64,000 nucleotides of DNA, taken from positions 1-64,000 of the forward strand of contig JAVJQW010000060.1 of assembly GCA_040218735.1 (NCBI GenBank), in the 5' to 3' direction. The DNA is from Deltaproteobacteria bacterium. GTDB lineage: Bacteria > Myxococcota > Kuafuiibacteriia > Kuafuiibacteriales > Kuafuiibacteriaceae. Made by a program: the position numbers and the translations under genes. The notes under the pieces were generated by a model that saw only the letters and a program-made list of their open reading frames with translations, had not been told where the DNA came from and searched no databases. Shown piece by piece: positions 52,297 through 61,242 of the stretch (positions are counted from its first letter, which is position 1; every line of letters begins with the position of its first letter).

Positions 52297-53354
52297 GGCC
52301 GTTCGAACTCCTTGTCGAGCAGGTAGATGTACATGACCGCCATCGAGTCCTGCGGTTCCTTCGTCGTGTTGTTGTAGGTGCTGACGAGCTCGTACTCGTG
52401 GTCTTCGTAGAACGGGATGCCCTCCGCGCTCGACAGGTACTCGACGTGCTCCAGCCCGATCTTTTCGGCGTAGTTGCGGGCCTTGCTCTTGAAGACCGTC
52501 TTCTTCGCGGTCTTGTCGACCAGCTCCAGCGACTCGGCGAACGGGTGCAGGTGCACCGCGATGTAGTGCGCCGTCGTGTCGTACGGGACGCCGATCAACC
52601 GCGTCGCGTCGGTGCGGTTCACCTCGCGGCCGGGTTTGACGACCCAGTGCCCCGTGAAGCGCCGGCCCTGCGGATCGTCGTACTCGTGCTCCGACGCGTT
52701 CTCGCGCATGAGGCACCCCTCGCCGTGGCCGTCACCCGGGTCCTTGCCGAAGTGACCGTCGGGGCCTTCGAGGAGCGCGAGGCCGTACGCGCTCTTCTGG
52801 AAGAGCGGCTGCATCTTGCCCTCGACCTCCGCGTCCCGCGCGTAGCGCACCGTGACGCGGTGGCGGACCTTGAGGTCCTTCGGCTTCGCGATGTTGAGGT
52901 TCAGCACCTGCGTCGTGAGCGAGAGCTTCTCGTCGGAGCGCATCGGGATGCCGAAGCCCTTCGGGAAGCGGATGTCGAACTGCCCCTGCGACAACGTGAA
53001 CAGCCGCCCGGAGATCCCGCCCTGCGCGTCGAGCGCCGCGGCGTGTTTCGACGGATCGAGATCGAGGTTGGAGTGGCACATGAACTCCTGCGGCATCGAA
53101 GAGTTGCCGTCCGCGCCGACCATGTTCGCGCGGTACCCCGTGATCCACACGAGCTCCTTCTTCGCGGGATCACCGAGCGCGACCTCCGTCGTGCTCTGCG
53201 GCCCCATCATCGACTTGTACTTCTTGTCGACGGTGTAGACGGGCGACAGCACGTCCTTCTCGCGCTCGCGAAACTTCGCGCGCGGCGCGGCCGCCAACGC
53301 GGCGCTGGTGACCCCCGCGATCAACAGACCGCTGATGAGAATCGAACGCTTCAT
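52293..53354 (-). CDS. Secreted protein resembling copper type II monooxygenase domains
   Basis: Signal peptide; MCH, VHLHP (HxH), DSM motifs. Confidence 0.6.
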   Translation of the reverse strand: MKRSILISGLLIAGVTSAALAAAPRAKFREREKDVLSPVYTVDKKYKSMMGPQSTTEVALGDPAKKELVWITGYRANMVGADGNSSMPQEFMCHSNLDLDPSKHAAALDAQGGISGRLFTLSQGQFDIRFPKGFGIPMRSDEKLSLTTQVLNLNIAKPKDLKVRHRVTVRYARDAEVEGKMQPLFQKSAYGLALLEGPDGHFGKDPGDGHGEGCLMRENASEHEYDDPQGRRFTGHWVVKPGREVNRTDATRLIGVPYDTTAHYIAVHLHPFAESLELVDKTAKKTVFKSKARNYAEKIGLEHVEYLSSAEGIPFYEDHEYELVSTYNNTTKEPQDSMAVMYIYLLDKEFERP

Positions 53355-53604
53355 GAAGGCCGAATCATCATCGAAGCGCGGATTGGAGGCAAAGGTCGGA
53401 TGGTGCGTTCCAATCGGTTTCACGACGCGGGGTTTCGGGTCGGTCGAATGCCGTAATTTGGCGTCACCAGGGCGAAATCGGGCGCGCGATGGTGTTACTT
53501 CAGTCCCGGACCGGACGTATCGCGAGCGCACGGGACACGCGTTCGCGAGAAAGTTATCGAGCGAAGAGGACACTGGGGCGGGTCACGACGAAAGAGGGAG
53601 AGGG

Positions 53605-56600
53605 ATGAAGATCAAAGCGGTCTTTGCATGGGGACTGGCGACGGCGCTGACGCCGACGATCGCGCTGGGTTTTGCGCCCCCGTCGATGCACGGGGCACAC
53701 GGTGAGGGACACGACGGGCGCCTGCTGCTGCCCACGGGTTCCGTCCGCGTTCAACCGGCCACCAGCTGGACGACGCCGAAGGCGGCGGGGACACGGTGGA
53801 CGCAGTTCCTCCAGGCCACACCCGGCACCTGGCGCGCCCAATGGGACGCCGACACCGAGATCCCGACCCGCATCTACGGCTCCGGAATCCACTTCGAAGG
53901 CGCGACCGCCAACGCGAGCCAGGCCGAAGCCGCCGCGCGTGAAGTGCTGAACCGTCACCTCGCGCTCCTCGCGCCGGGCGCCGCGCCCGCGGACCTGGTG
54001 TTGGTCGCGAACGACTACGACGCCGCGAGCGCGCTCCGCACCGTGGCGTTCGAGGTCCGCTACGCGGGTTTCGAGGTCCTCGGCGCGCACCTCAACGTGC
54101 GCATCAAGAAGGACCGCCTCTTCGTGCTCGGCAGCGCCGGCCTCCCGCAGGCGAGCCTGGAGCTCCCGCGCAGCCGCGTCCGCGCCGCGACGCTGGAGCG
54201 CAACGCGCTGGCGAACACCGCGGGCAAGGACGTGCGTCTGTACGCGCCGGCCGCCGCGCCGGTCATCCTCCCGCTCGTCCACGACGACGGCCGCGTCTCG
54301 AGCCACCTCGTCTCCGAGGTCGTCGTGCACGTCGCGGAGCCGCTCGGTCGCTGGTCGGTCTTCGTCGACGTCGAGAACGGCGCCGAGGTCGCGCGTCGTC
54401 AGAACCTGCGCTTCGCGTCCGGCACGCTGCAGATGAACGCGCCGGAGCGGCGCCCGACCGATACGCGCCTCGACTGGGACGCACGCGACATGAACGTCTC
54501 GCTCGGCGGTCAGAACACGTCGACCGACGGAAGCGGCGTCGTCACCTGGACGGGCACCGACCCGATCAGCGGCACGATGACCCCCCTCGGTAGCGAGGTC
54601 CGCGTCGACAACGACGCCGGCGCACGCGCCACCTTCGACTTCACGGTGAGCGACGGCGGGACCGCCGTCTGGAACGACGCGAACGACGAAGAGATCGACG
54701 CGCAGCTCAACACCTTCATCCACGCGCGCGTCGTGAAGGAGCGCGCCCGCATCATCGCGCCGAACAACAACTGGCACGCCGACCCGGTCCAGGCGACCGT
54801 CAACATCGGCAACTCGTGCAACGCGTTCTCGGACGGCACGACGATCAACTTCTTCCAGTCGAGCCGGCAGTGCGAGAACACGGGTCGCCTCGCGGACGTC
54901 GTCCACCACGAGTACGGCCACTCGTTCCACGCGCACGTCATCATCCGCGGCGCGGGTGCGTTCGACGGCGCGCTCTCCGAGGGCGCGAGCGACTACATCG
55001 CCGCGACGATCACCAACGACCCGGGCATGGGCCGCGGCTTCTTCCGCACGAACGCCCCGCTCCGCCACATCGACCCGCCGAACGACGAGGCCGTGTGGCC
55101 GGAGGACGTCGGCGAGTCGCACACCACCGGCCTGATCTTCGCGGGCGCGATGTGGGATCTGCGCAAGCAGCTGATCATCGACTTCGGTGACGAGGCGGCC
55201 GCGGTCGCGCACACCGACCAGCTCTGGCACCAGGCGCTGCGTCGCTCGCGCGACATCCCCTCCTCGTACGTCGAGGTCCTCGCGGCCGACGACGACGACG
55301 GCGACCTCAGCAACGGCACGCCGAACCGCTGCGCGATCAACGACGCGTTCGGGCGCCACGGCCTCGCGGACGTCGAGCTGGTCTCGGTGCCGATCGGCAA
55401 GCCGGTCATCTCCGAGATGCTGCGCGTGCAGCTGCCGGTCGGTGAGAGCAACAACACCTGCCCCGGCGCGAACATCGCGAGCGTCGATCTCGACTGGCGC
55501 GTCCGCGGCTCGAACGACGGCGGCGCCATCCCGATGGTGTCGACGATGCTCGGCTACGAGGAGCAGATCCCCAGCCAGACGCAGGGCAACGTCGTGCAGT
55601 ACCGCATCGAGGTCACGCTCGACAGCGGCGAGAAGATCCTCCTCCCCGACAACGCGGCCGACCCGTACTACGAGTACTTCATCGGCGAAGCGACCGAGAT
55701 CTACTGCACCGGCTTCGAGGTCAACGACGACCCCGAGGGTGAAGGCTGGACCCACGCGCTCCTCGCCGGTGAAGACCGCGAAGGCGCCGACGACTGGCAG
55801 TTCGGCCCGCCGATGGCCGCCGCGAACAGCGGCGACCCGCAGGAGGCGTTCAGCGGCAACCAGGTCGCGGGCAACGACCTCGGCGGCGGCAACTACAACG
55901 GCCTGTACCAGCCCAGCAAACAGAACGAGCTGCGCTCGCCGTGGATCAACGTCTCCGAGTTCGAGGTCGTCCGTCTGCAGTACCGGCGCTGGCTGAACAT
56001 CGAGGACGGTGACTTCGACCAGGCCGAGATCCTCGCGAACGACGAGGTGGTCTGGGCGAACTACGCGACCGGCAACCAGGGCGACACCCACCACACCGAC
56101 AAGGAGTGGCGCTTCCACGACGTCGACGTCTCGGACGAGATCCGCGAGGGCGCGCTCCAGATCGCGTTCCGTCTGCAGTCGGACCGCGGCCTCGAGTTCG
56201 GCGGGTGGACGCTCGATGACTTCTGCATCGTCGGCTACAACACGTCGCCCGTCCCGGTGTGCGGCAACGGCCAGGTCGAAGAGGGCGAAGCCTGCGACGA
56301 CGGCAACGCCGCGAGCGGCGACGGCTGCGAAGCCGACTGCTCGATCACGCAGCTGCCGCCCGCGTGCGGTGACGGCAACCTGGACCCGGGCGAGACGTGC
56401 GACGACGGCAACCTCATCTCCGGCGACGGCTGCGAGATGACGTGCACGCCGACTATCGTCGACCCCGGCTGCCAGGGCGCCGACTGCAACCCGGTGACCG
56501 ACCCGAACGACGAGCTCACGCAGCTCGACGACACCGGGTGCGGCTGCACCGCGACCGAGCGCGCTGACGGCGCCTCCGGCTGGGCGGCCCTCGCGCTGCT

Positions 56601-56634
56601 CTTCGGTCTGGTCGCGCGGCGCCGCCGCCGCTGA
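53605..56634 (+). CDS. Secreted M4/M36-like zinc metallopeptidase with Cys-rich repeats and MYXO-CTERM-like tail
   Basis: [21 protein letters not shown]; two CGNG/CGDG..CDDGN repeats; GCGC + TM + RRRRR. Confidence 0.88.
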   Translation: MKIKAVFAWGLATALTPTIALGFAPPSMHGAHGEGHDGRLLLPTGSVRVQPATSWTTPKAAGTRWTQFLQATPGTWRAQWDADTEIPTRIYGSGIHFEGATANASQAEAAAREVLNRHLALLAPGAAPADLVLVANDYDAASALRTVAFEVRYAGFEVLGAHLNVRIKKDRLFVLGSAGLPQASLELPRSRVRAATLERNALANTAGKDVRLYAPAAAPVILPLVHDDGRVSSHLVSEVVVHVAEPLGRWSVFVDVENGAEVARRQNLRFASGTLQMNAPERRPTDTRLDWDARDMNVSLGGQNTSTDGSGVVTWTGTDPISGTMTPLGSEVRVDNDAGARATFDFTVSDGGTAVWNDANDEEIDAQLNTFIHARVVKERARIIAPNNNWHADPVQATVNIGNSCNAFSDGTTINFFQSSRQCENTGRLADVVHHEYGHSFHAHVIIRGAGAFDGALSEGASDYIAATITNDPGMGRGFFRTNAPLRHIDPPNDEAVWPEDVGESHTTGLIFAGAMWDLRKQLIIDFGDEAAAVAHTDQLWHQALRRSRDIPSSYVEVLAADDDDGDLSNGTPNRCAINDAFGRHGLADVELVSVPIGKPVISEMLRVQLPVGESNNTCPGANIASVDLDWRVRGSNDGGAIPMVSTMLGYEEQIPSQTQGNVVQYRIEVTLDSGEKILLPDNAADPYYEYFIGEATEIYCTGFEVNDDPEGEGWTHALLAGEDREGADDWQFGPPMAAANSGDPQEAFSGNQVAGNDLGGGNYNGLYQPSKQNELRSPWINVSEFEVVRLQYRRWLNIEDGDFDQAEILANDEVVWANYATGNQGDTHHTDKEWRFHDVDVSDEIREGALQIAFRLQSDRGLEFGGWTLDDFCIVGYNTSPVPVCGNGQVEEGEACDDGNAASGDGCEADCSITQLPPACGDGNLDPGETCDDGNLISGDGCEMTCTPTIVDPGCQGADCNPVTDPNDELTQLDDTGCGCTATERADGASGWAALALLFGLVARRRRR

Positions 56635-56646
56635 TAAGCCAGGGGC

Positions 56647-57180
56647 ATCGACCCCGCCCTCCCCTACCTCCTCGCCGCGCTCGTCGGCGCCGCCCTCGCC
56701 CTCGCGGGGGCCCGGCGCTGGCGACGCGCGCGTGTCCATCGCCGCTTCGAACGCGCCGCTCGCGCCGAGCAGGACGCGGTCGTGCTCGCGCGCCGCGCGG
56801 GTTACCTCGTCGAAGGCGTGCAGGTGGAGCGACGCTTCACGATCCACGTCGACGGGCGCCCCGAGACGATCACGGTGCGGGCGGACATGGTGCTCGGGCG
56901 CGGCGGTCGACGGTTCGTCGCGGAGGTGAAGTCGGGGCGGATCGCGCCCGATCCCACCTCGACGGCGACGCGACGCCAGCTCCTCGAGTACGCGCACGTC
57001 TTCGACGCGGACGGCGTGCTCCTCTTCGACATGGAGGCGAAGCGGATCCGCCCGGTGGAGTTCTCACGGGGGCGTCGCAGGCGCGTCTGGCCGTGGCTGG
57101 TGGTGGGGCTCGGGCTGGGCTGGGCGCTCGCGCGCACGGACCTCGGGTTCTGGCTGGCGTTCCTGCCCCAGGGGCACTAA
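56647..57180 (+). CDS. Membrane-anchored PD-(D/E)XK nuclease-fold protein
   Basis: RADMV..FVAEVKSG..RQLLEY; hydrophobic segments at both ends; start probably ATC 56647 (the track gives GTG 56782). Confidence 0.65.
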   Translation: MDPALPYLLAALVGAALALAGARRWRRARVHRRFERAARAEQDAVVLARRAGYLVEGVQVERRFTIHVDGRPETITVRADMVLGRGGRRFVAEVKSGRIAPDPTSTATRRQLLEYAHVFDADGVLLFDMEAKRIRPVEFSRGRRRRVWPWLVVGLGLGWALARTDLGFWLAFLPQGH

Positions 57181-57191
57181 CGTCCGCGCCC

Positions 57192-58127
57192 ATGACGAAG
57201 ATTCGTTCTCTGATCTTGGCCCCGGCGCTGTTCGTGCTGAGCGTCGGTTGCGAGCAGGGCGCCGAAAAGCCCGCCGCGAAGGCCGACGAGAAGGCCAAGG
57301 CCGACACCACCCAGAAGGGGTTCAAGCCGTCCGACGCGATGAAGAAGGTCGGTGCCGGCGGCGCGAAGCCGATGGCCGCCCCGCCGCCCGCTCCGGCGGA
57401 CATCCCCGCGCCCGCCGACGTCGCGGCGCCCCCGGCCGACGCCAAGACGACCGCGTCGGGCCTCGCCTACAAGACCCTCGAGGAGGGCAACGGCAAGGCG
57501 CCGTCGGCGGAGGACACCGTCGAGGTGCACTACACGGGCTGGCAGACGACCGGGAAGATGTTCGACAGCTCGGTGAAGCGCGGCAAGCCGGCGCGGTTCC
57601 CGCTGCGCGGCGTGATCGCGGGTTGGACCGAGGGCCTGCAGCTGATGAAGGTCGGCGGCAAGACGCGCTTCTGGATTCCGGAGAAGCTCGCCTACCAGGG
57701 CCGCAAGGGGCCGCCGGAGGGGATGCTGGTGTTCGACGTCGAGCTGCTGTCGATCGTTGAGACGCCGAAGACCCCGCCGGACGTCGCGAAGGCGCCGAAG
57801 GACGCGAAGAAGACCGCTTCGGGGCTCGCGTACAAGATCCTGACGCCCGGCAAGGGTGACAAGAAGCCGACCGCGACGAGCGTCGTGAAGGTGCACTACT
57901 CGGGCTGGACGACGGACGGGAAGATGTTCGACAGCTCCGTCACGCGCGGTCGCCCGGCGACGTTCCCGCTCAACGGCGTCATCAAGGGTTGGACGGAAGG
58001 GCTCCAGCTGATGAACGTCGGCGACAAGGCGCGGCTGTGGATCCCGGAGAAGCTCGCGTACGAGGGGAAGCGTCCGCCGAAGGGGATGCTCGTGTTCGAC
58101 GTCGAGCTCCTCGAGATCATGCAGTAG
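57192..58127 (+). CDS. Lipoprotein with two FKBP-type peptidyl-prolyl isomerase domains
   Basis: SVGC lipobox; two VHY(T/S)GW..FDSS..VI.GWTEGLQLM..IP..LAY..LVFDVEL units. Confidence 0.95.
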   Translation: MTKIRSLILAPALFVLSVGCEQGAEKPAAKADEKAKADTTQKGFKPSDAMKKVGAGGAKPMAAPPPAPADIPAPADVAAPPADAKTTASGLAYKTLEEGNGKAPSAEDTVEVHYTGWQTTGKMFDSSVKRGKPARFPLRGVIAGWTEGLQLMKVGGKTRFWIPEKLAYQGRKGPPEGMLVFDVELLSIVETPKTPPDVAKAPKDAKKTASGLAYKILTPGKGDKKPTATSVVKVHYSGWTTDGKMFDSSVTRGRPATFPLNGVIKGWTEGLQLMNVGDKARLWIPEKLAYEGKRPPKGMLVFDVELLEIMQ

Positions 58128-58133
58128 CCGATT

Positions 58134-58189
58134 CGTCCGATAATCGGACGCGGCGGGCGTTCGTCCGGCCGTTCGTTCGATAATCGAAC
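58134..58189. promoter_or_regulatory. Two palindromic sites 40 bp apart
   Basis: CGTCCGATAATCGGACG (58134-58150) and GTTCGATAATCGAAC (58175-58189). Confidence 0.6.
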
Positions 58190-58247
58190 TTCGCGGGTCG
58201 CGTCCGCGGCCCGTGCGCCTGGCACACATCCTGATGAAGCGCGCGCC

Positions 58248-59045
58248 ATGCGTGACGCGCTCGACGCCGACGAGGTCGCACGGCTCCTCGGAGCCGCGAC
58301 GGCGCTCGCCGACAAGCTCCTCCTCGGCCTCTTGCTCACCAGCGAGGCTCCCCTCGGTCTGACGCTCGCGCTCCGCTGGATGGACATCGATCTGGCGGCG
58401 CGGCGCTTCGTCGCGAGCGGCGCGCCGATCGCGCCGGCGCTGATACCGTTGATGTCGAGGCTGGCGGCCGCGGCGCGTCCCGTCGACTACGTCTTCCGCC
58501 TCCCGCCGCCGCGGCGTCACCTCAGCCCCGGCGACGCGGCGCGGATCGTGACGCGGTCGGCGTTGCTCGCGCGTGTCCCGGGGCGCGTCACGCTGCGGAC
58601 GCTCGCGGCGACCGACGCGCGGAACGTCGGCGGCGAGATCCCGACGCACACCGTGCTCGCGGCCGTCGAGGGGCCACCGGCCCCGCCCCGCTCGCCGACG
58701 ATGCGCCTCGCGTTCGAGATCGGCCCGCCGGAGGCCGACGGGAGCGCGCAGGCGACGGTGATCGTGCAGACCCCGCTCGCGCGGGTGCGCCTCGACGGGA
58801 TCCGGATCGAGCGCGCGTACGAGGCGGTGCCCGACGTGGTGCTCCCGGTGCGCGAGTCGTGGCGTGTCGCGCTGTCGGCGCTCGACCCCGCGACGCGGCG
58901 AAGGTTGGAGGCACCTCGGTTCTATCGGGTGGTGGTGACGGAGCTGGCGCGACGCCTCACGGCGCGCGCGGCCTCACGGCGCCGACGACTTCAGCACGGT
59001 GCGCACCGTGTTGATCAGGTCTCGAGCGGTGAACGGTTTGGCTAG
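58248..59045 (+). CDS. Degenerate tyrosine recombinase-like protein (catalytic residues lost)
   Basis: LDADEVARLL..DKLLLGLL..LRWMDID..YVF..HLSP..IV..A..A.V...VT pattern of Int catalytic domains; GxR, HxxR and Tyr motifs not present. Confidence 0.55.
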   Translation: MRDALDADEVARLLGAATALADKLLLGLLLTSEAPLGLTLALRWMDIDLAARRFVASGAPIAPALIPLMSRLAAAARPVDYVFRLPPPRRHLSPGDAARIVTRSALLARVPGRVTLRTLAATDARNVGGEIPTHTVLAAVEGPPAPPRSPTMRLAFEIGPPEADGSAQATVIVQTPLARVRLDGIRIERAYEAVPDVVLPVRESWRVALSALDPATRRRLEAPRFYRVVVTELARRLTARAASRRRRLQHGAHRVDQVSSGERFG

Positions 59046-60368
59046 GACGAGCGGAGCGAGGTCGGGGCGCTCGTCGAGGACGAGATCTTGGTAACCCGTC
59101 ATGTAGATGGCGGGCACGGGGACGCGCTCGCGGATCTGGCTCACGAGGTCGAGGCCACCCATCGAGGGCATCACGACGTCGGTGATCAACAGATCGAACT
59201 TGTCGTCGCGCTGGATGAGCTCGAGCGCTTCGTCGCCGTCGCACGCCTGCGTGACGCCGTAGCCGAGCTTCGTGAGCGCGCGCGACACCAGCGTGCGCAT
59301 CGCCGGGTCGTCGTCCACGACGAGGACGCGGCCGAGGTTCGCGCCGAGCGGCGCGCCGACGTGCTCGGGCGCCGTCGCCGAGGGGAGCGCGACGGTGACC
59401 TTGGTCCCGCGGCCGAGCTCGCTGTCGATCTGGAGGCTCCCGCCGACCTGGCGCGCGAGGCGTTGGACGACCCACAGGCCGAGGCCCTCGTGGGAGGACT
59501 TCGTCGTGTAGAACGGGTGCGGCGCACGCGCGCAGGTGATGCTCGACATCCCCTCGCCGGAGTCCTCGATCTCGATCGTGACCTGCTCGCGCGCTTGCGC
59601 GAGGACGATCGAGAGGATGCCGCCGTGAGGCATCGCCTCCGCCGCGTTCTTCGCGAGGTTGGTGACGATCTGTCTCAGCTCCTCGGCGTGCAGCGGTACG
59701 GACGACGCGTGGCGCGCGAAGTCGATGCGCACGTCGATGTGCTCCGGGAGCGTGCCGCGGAGGAGCGGGCCGATCTCCTGGAGCACGTTCTGCGGGCTGA
59801 CCGAGCGCCCCGTGCCCGAGCTGCGTCGGTTCGTGGTGTGTTCCTCGACGTTGCGAACGATCTCGTCGACGTGGTCCGGGAGCTCCTCGTCGCCGCTCAA
59901 CGTGCGGATGTGTTCGACGGCAGCGGCGAGGACGGCGAGGAGGTTTTCTCGGGCCTCGTCCGAGCGCGGTCGCGTGGCCGACGCCGTCGACGCGTCGGCG
60001 GGCTGTTTGCTCTGGCGCTGCACGCCGACCACCTCGATGACGTCGTCGGTCGACTCGTCCCGGATGGCGTTCGCCGATGCTTCGAGGGTGACGTAGTGAC
60101 CGAGCTTGTGTCGCACGCGCGCGCGCACGGTGCCGTCGGTGCCGTCGCGAATCGCGGGGCCGGCGGTGGCGAGGTCTTCGGGGTGGAGCAGCTCCGCGTA
60201 CGCGCGGCCGACGAGCTCGCCGGGGGTGTAGCCGAGCAATCGCAACACACTCGCCGAGCACTCGCGCAGACAGCCGTCGGGTCCGAGGACGACGACGAGG
60301 TCGTCGCCGCGTTCACCGATCGCGTCGAGTCGTTCCTGCGGGGTGGCTTCGAGTTGAGGACGCTTCAC
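58974..60368 (-). CDS. PAS-HATPase-REC hybrid sensor with degenerate H-box
   Basis: PAS (LLGYTPGELVG..LLHPED), N box NLAKNAAEAM, G1 EDSGEGM, F box PFYTTK, REC VVDDD..LITD..KPF. Confidence 0.88.
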   Translation of the reverse strand: MKRPQLEATPQERLDAIGERGDDLVVVLGPDGCLRECSASVLRLLGYTPGELVGRAYAELLHPEDLATAGPAIRDGTDGTVRARVRHKLGHYVTLEASANAIRDESTDDVIEVVGVQRQSKQPADASTASATRPRSDEARENLLAVLAAAVEHIRTLSGDEELPDHVDEIVRNVEEHTTNRRSSGTGRSVSPQNVLQEIGPLLRGTLPEHIDVRIDFARHASSVPLHAEELRQIVTNLAKNAAEAMPHGGILSIVLAQAREQVTIEIEDSGEGMSSITCARAPHPFYTTKSSHEGLGLWVVQRLARQVGGSLQIDSELGRGTKVTVALPSATAPEHVGAPLGANLGRVLVVDDDPAMRTLVSRALTKLGYGVTQACDGDEALELIQRDDKFDLLITDVVMPSMGGLDLVSQIRERVPVPAIYMTGYQDLVLDERPDLAPLVLAKPFTARDLINTVRTVLKSSAP

Positions 60369-60458
60369 GGGACTGCGCCCAGGATAGCGTCACTCGGCAA
60401 TCGTTGCGCCCGACAAAACGCTGTCGCGATTCGACACGCGCCCGTCAGATCGAGATGT

Positions 60459-60674
60459 TCACGCGCGGCGTATCCGATCGAGCACGGCGTGCGCCGTGGA
60501 CGAAAGACCGTCCGGATCCAGGGCGGCTTCCAGCTTCCGCAGCGCGACGGTCTCCTCGAAGGCTTCCCGCCGGCCCTCCTCGTCGAGATCGTGCCACGCC
60601 GGCAGGATGTCGATGCGCCCGCCGACCCGCGGGCGCCACGCGGTGGTGCCTTCCTGGATGCGATCGTCGTTCAT
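60459..60674 (-). CDS. Small hypothetical protein (71 aa)
   Basis: GAGAGG RBS; ATGA overlap with the ECF stop. Confidence 0.65.
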   Translation of the reverse strand: MNDDRIQEGTTAWRPRVGGRIDILPAWHDLDEEGRREAFEETVALRKLEAALDPDGLSSTAHAVLDRIRRA

Positions 60675-61240
60675 GTCGACGCCTCTCGGATGTCGACGCC
60701 GCCGCGCTCGAGGCACTGCTCGAGCATTCGGCGAGCGCGGGTGAAGTTCTGGAGGAACGTGTTCTTCTGCATACCGAGGCGCTCGGCGAGGACCGCGTCC
60801 GAGGCGGCGCCGAAGGACTCGAGCCGGGCGGCGAGCGCCTGGGCGGGTTTGGTGGGGAGCTTCTCGCGGCACTTCGCGATCAGCCGGGCGAGCAGCGGAT
60901 CGCTCGTGCCCGCGGGGCCCATCGCCTCGGCGAGGTGACGCTCGAGGTCGTCGGGCTCGATGGGGCGCGTCCGGAGTCGACGGGTCTCGCTGATGGCGAG
61001 GTTGCGGGCGATCCGGATCGCGAGGCGGAGGAGGCCGTTGTCGCGGCCGTCGGCTTCGAAGCGCGGCGCGACCTGCCAGACGCGGAGCAAGGTCTCCTGG
61101 AGGACGGCTTCCGTGTCGACCGAGGCCGCGAAGGACCGGAGGCTGGCGCGGATCGGAGCCTCCGATCCGGCCAGCCAACGGGCGAACGCACGCTCGTCAC
61201 CCGCCGCGATCGCGGCGGCATGAACGTCGAGGTTCGTCAC
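60671..61240 (-). CDS. ECF RNA polymerase sigma factor
   Basis: AGDERAFARW, DTEAVLQETLLRVW, IARNLAISETRR, LAERLGM..FTRARRML. Confidence 0.85.
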   Translation of the reverse strand: MTNLDVHAAAIAAGDERAFARWLAGSEAPIRASLRSFAASVDTEAVLQETLLRVWQVAPRFEADGRDNGLLRLAIRIARNLAISETRRLRTRPIEPDDLERHLAEAMGPAGTSDPLLARLIAKCREKLPTKPAQALAARLESFGAASDAVLAERLGMQKNTFLQNFTRARRMLEQCLERGGVDIREAST

Positions 61241-61242
61241 GA

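Noticed and set aside
58248-59045. Active integrase or integron
   Set aside because: Catalytic R-H-R-Y residues absent; no attC-like cassettes seen.
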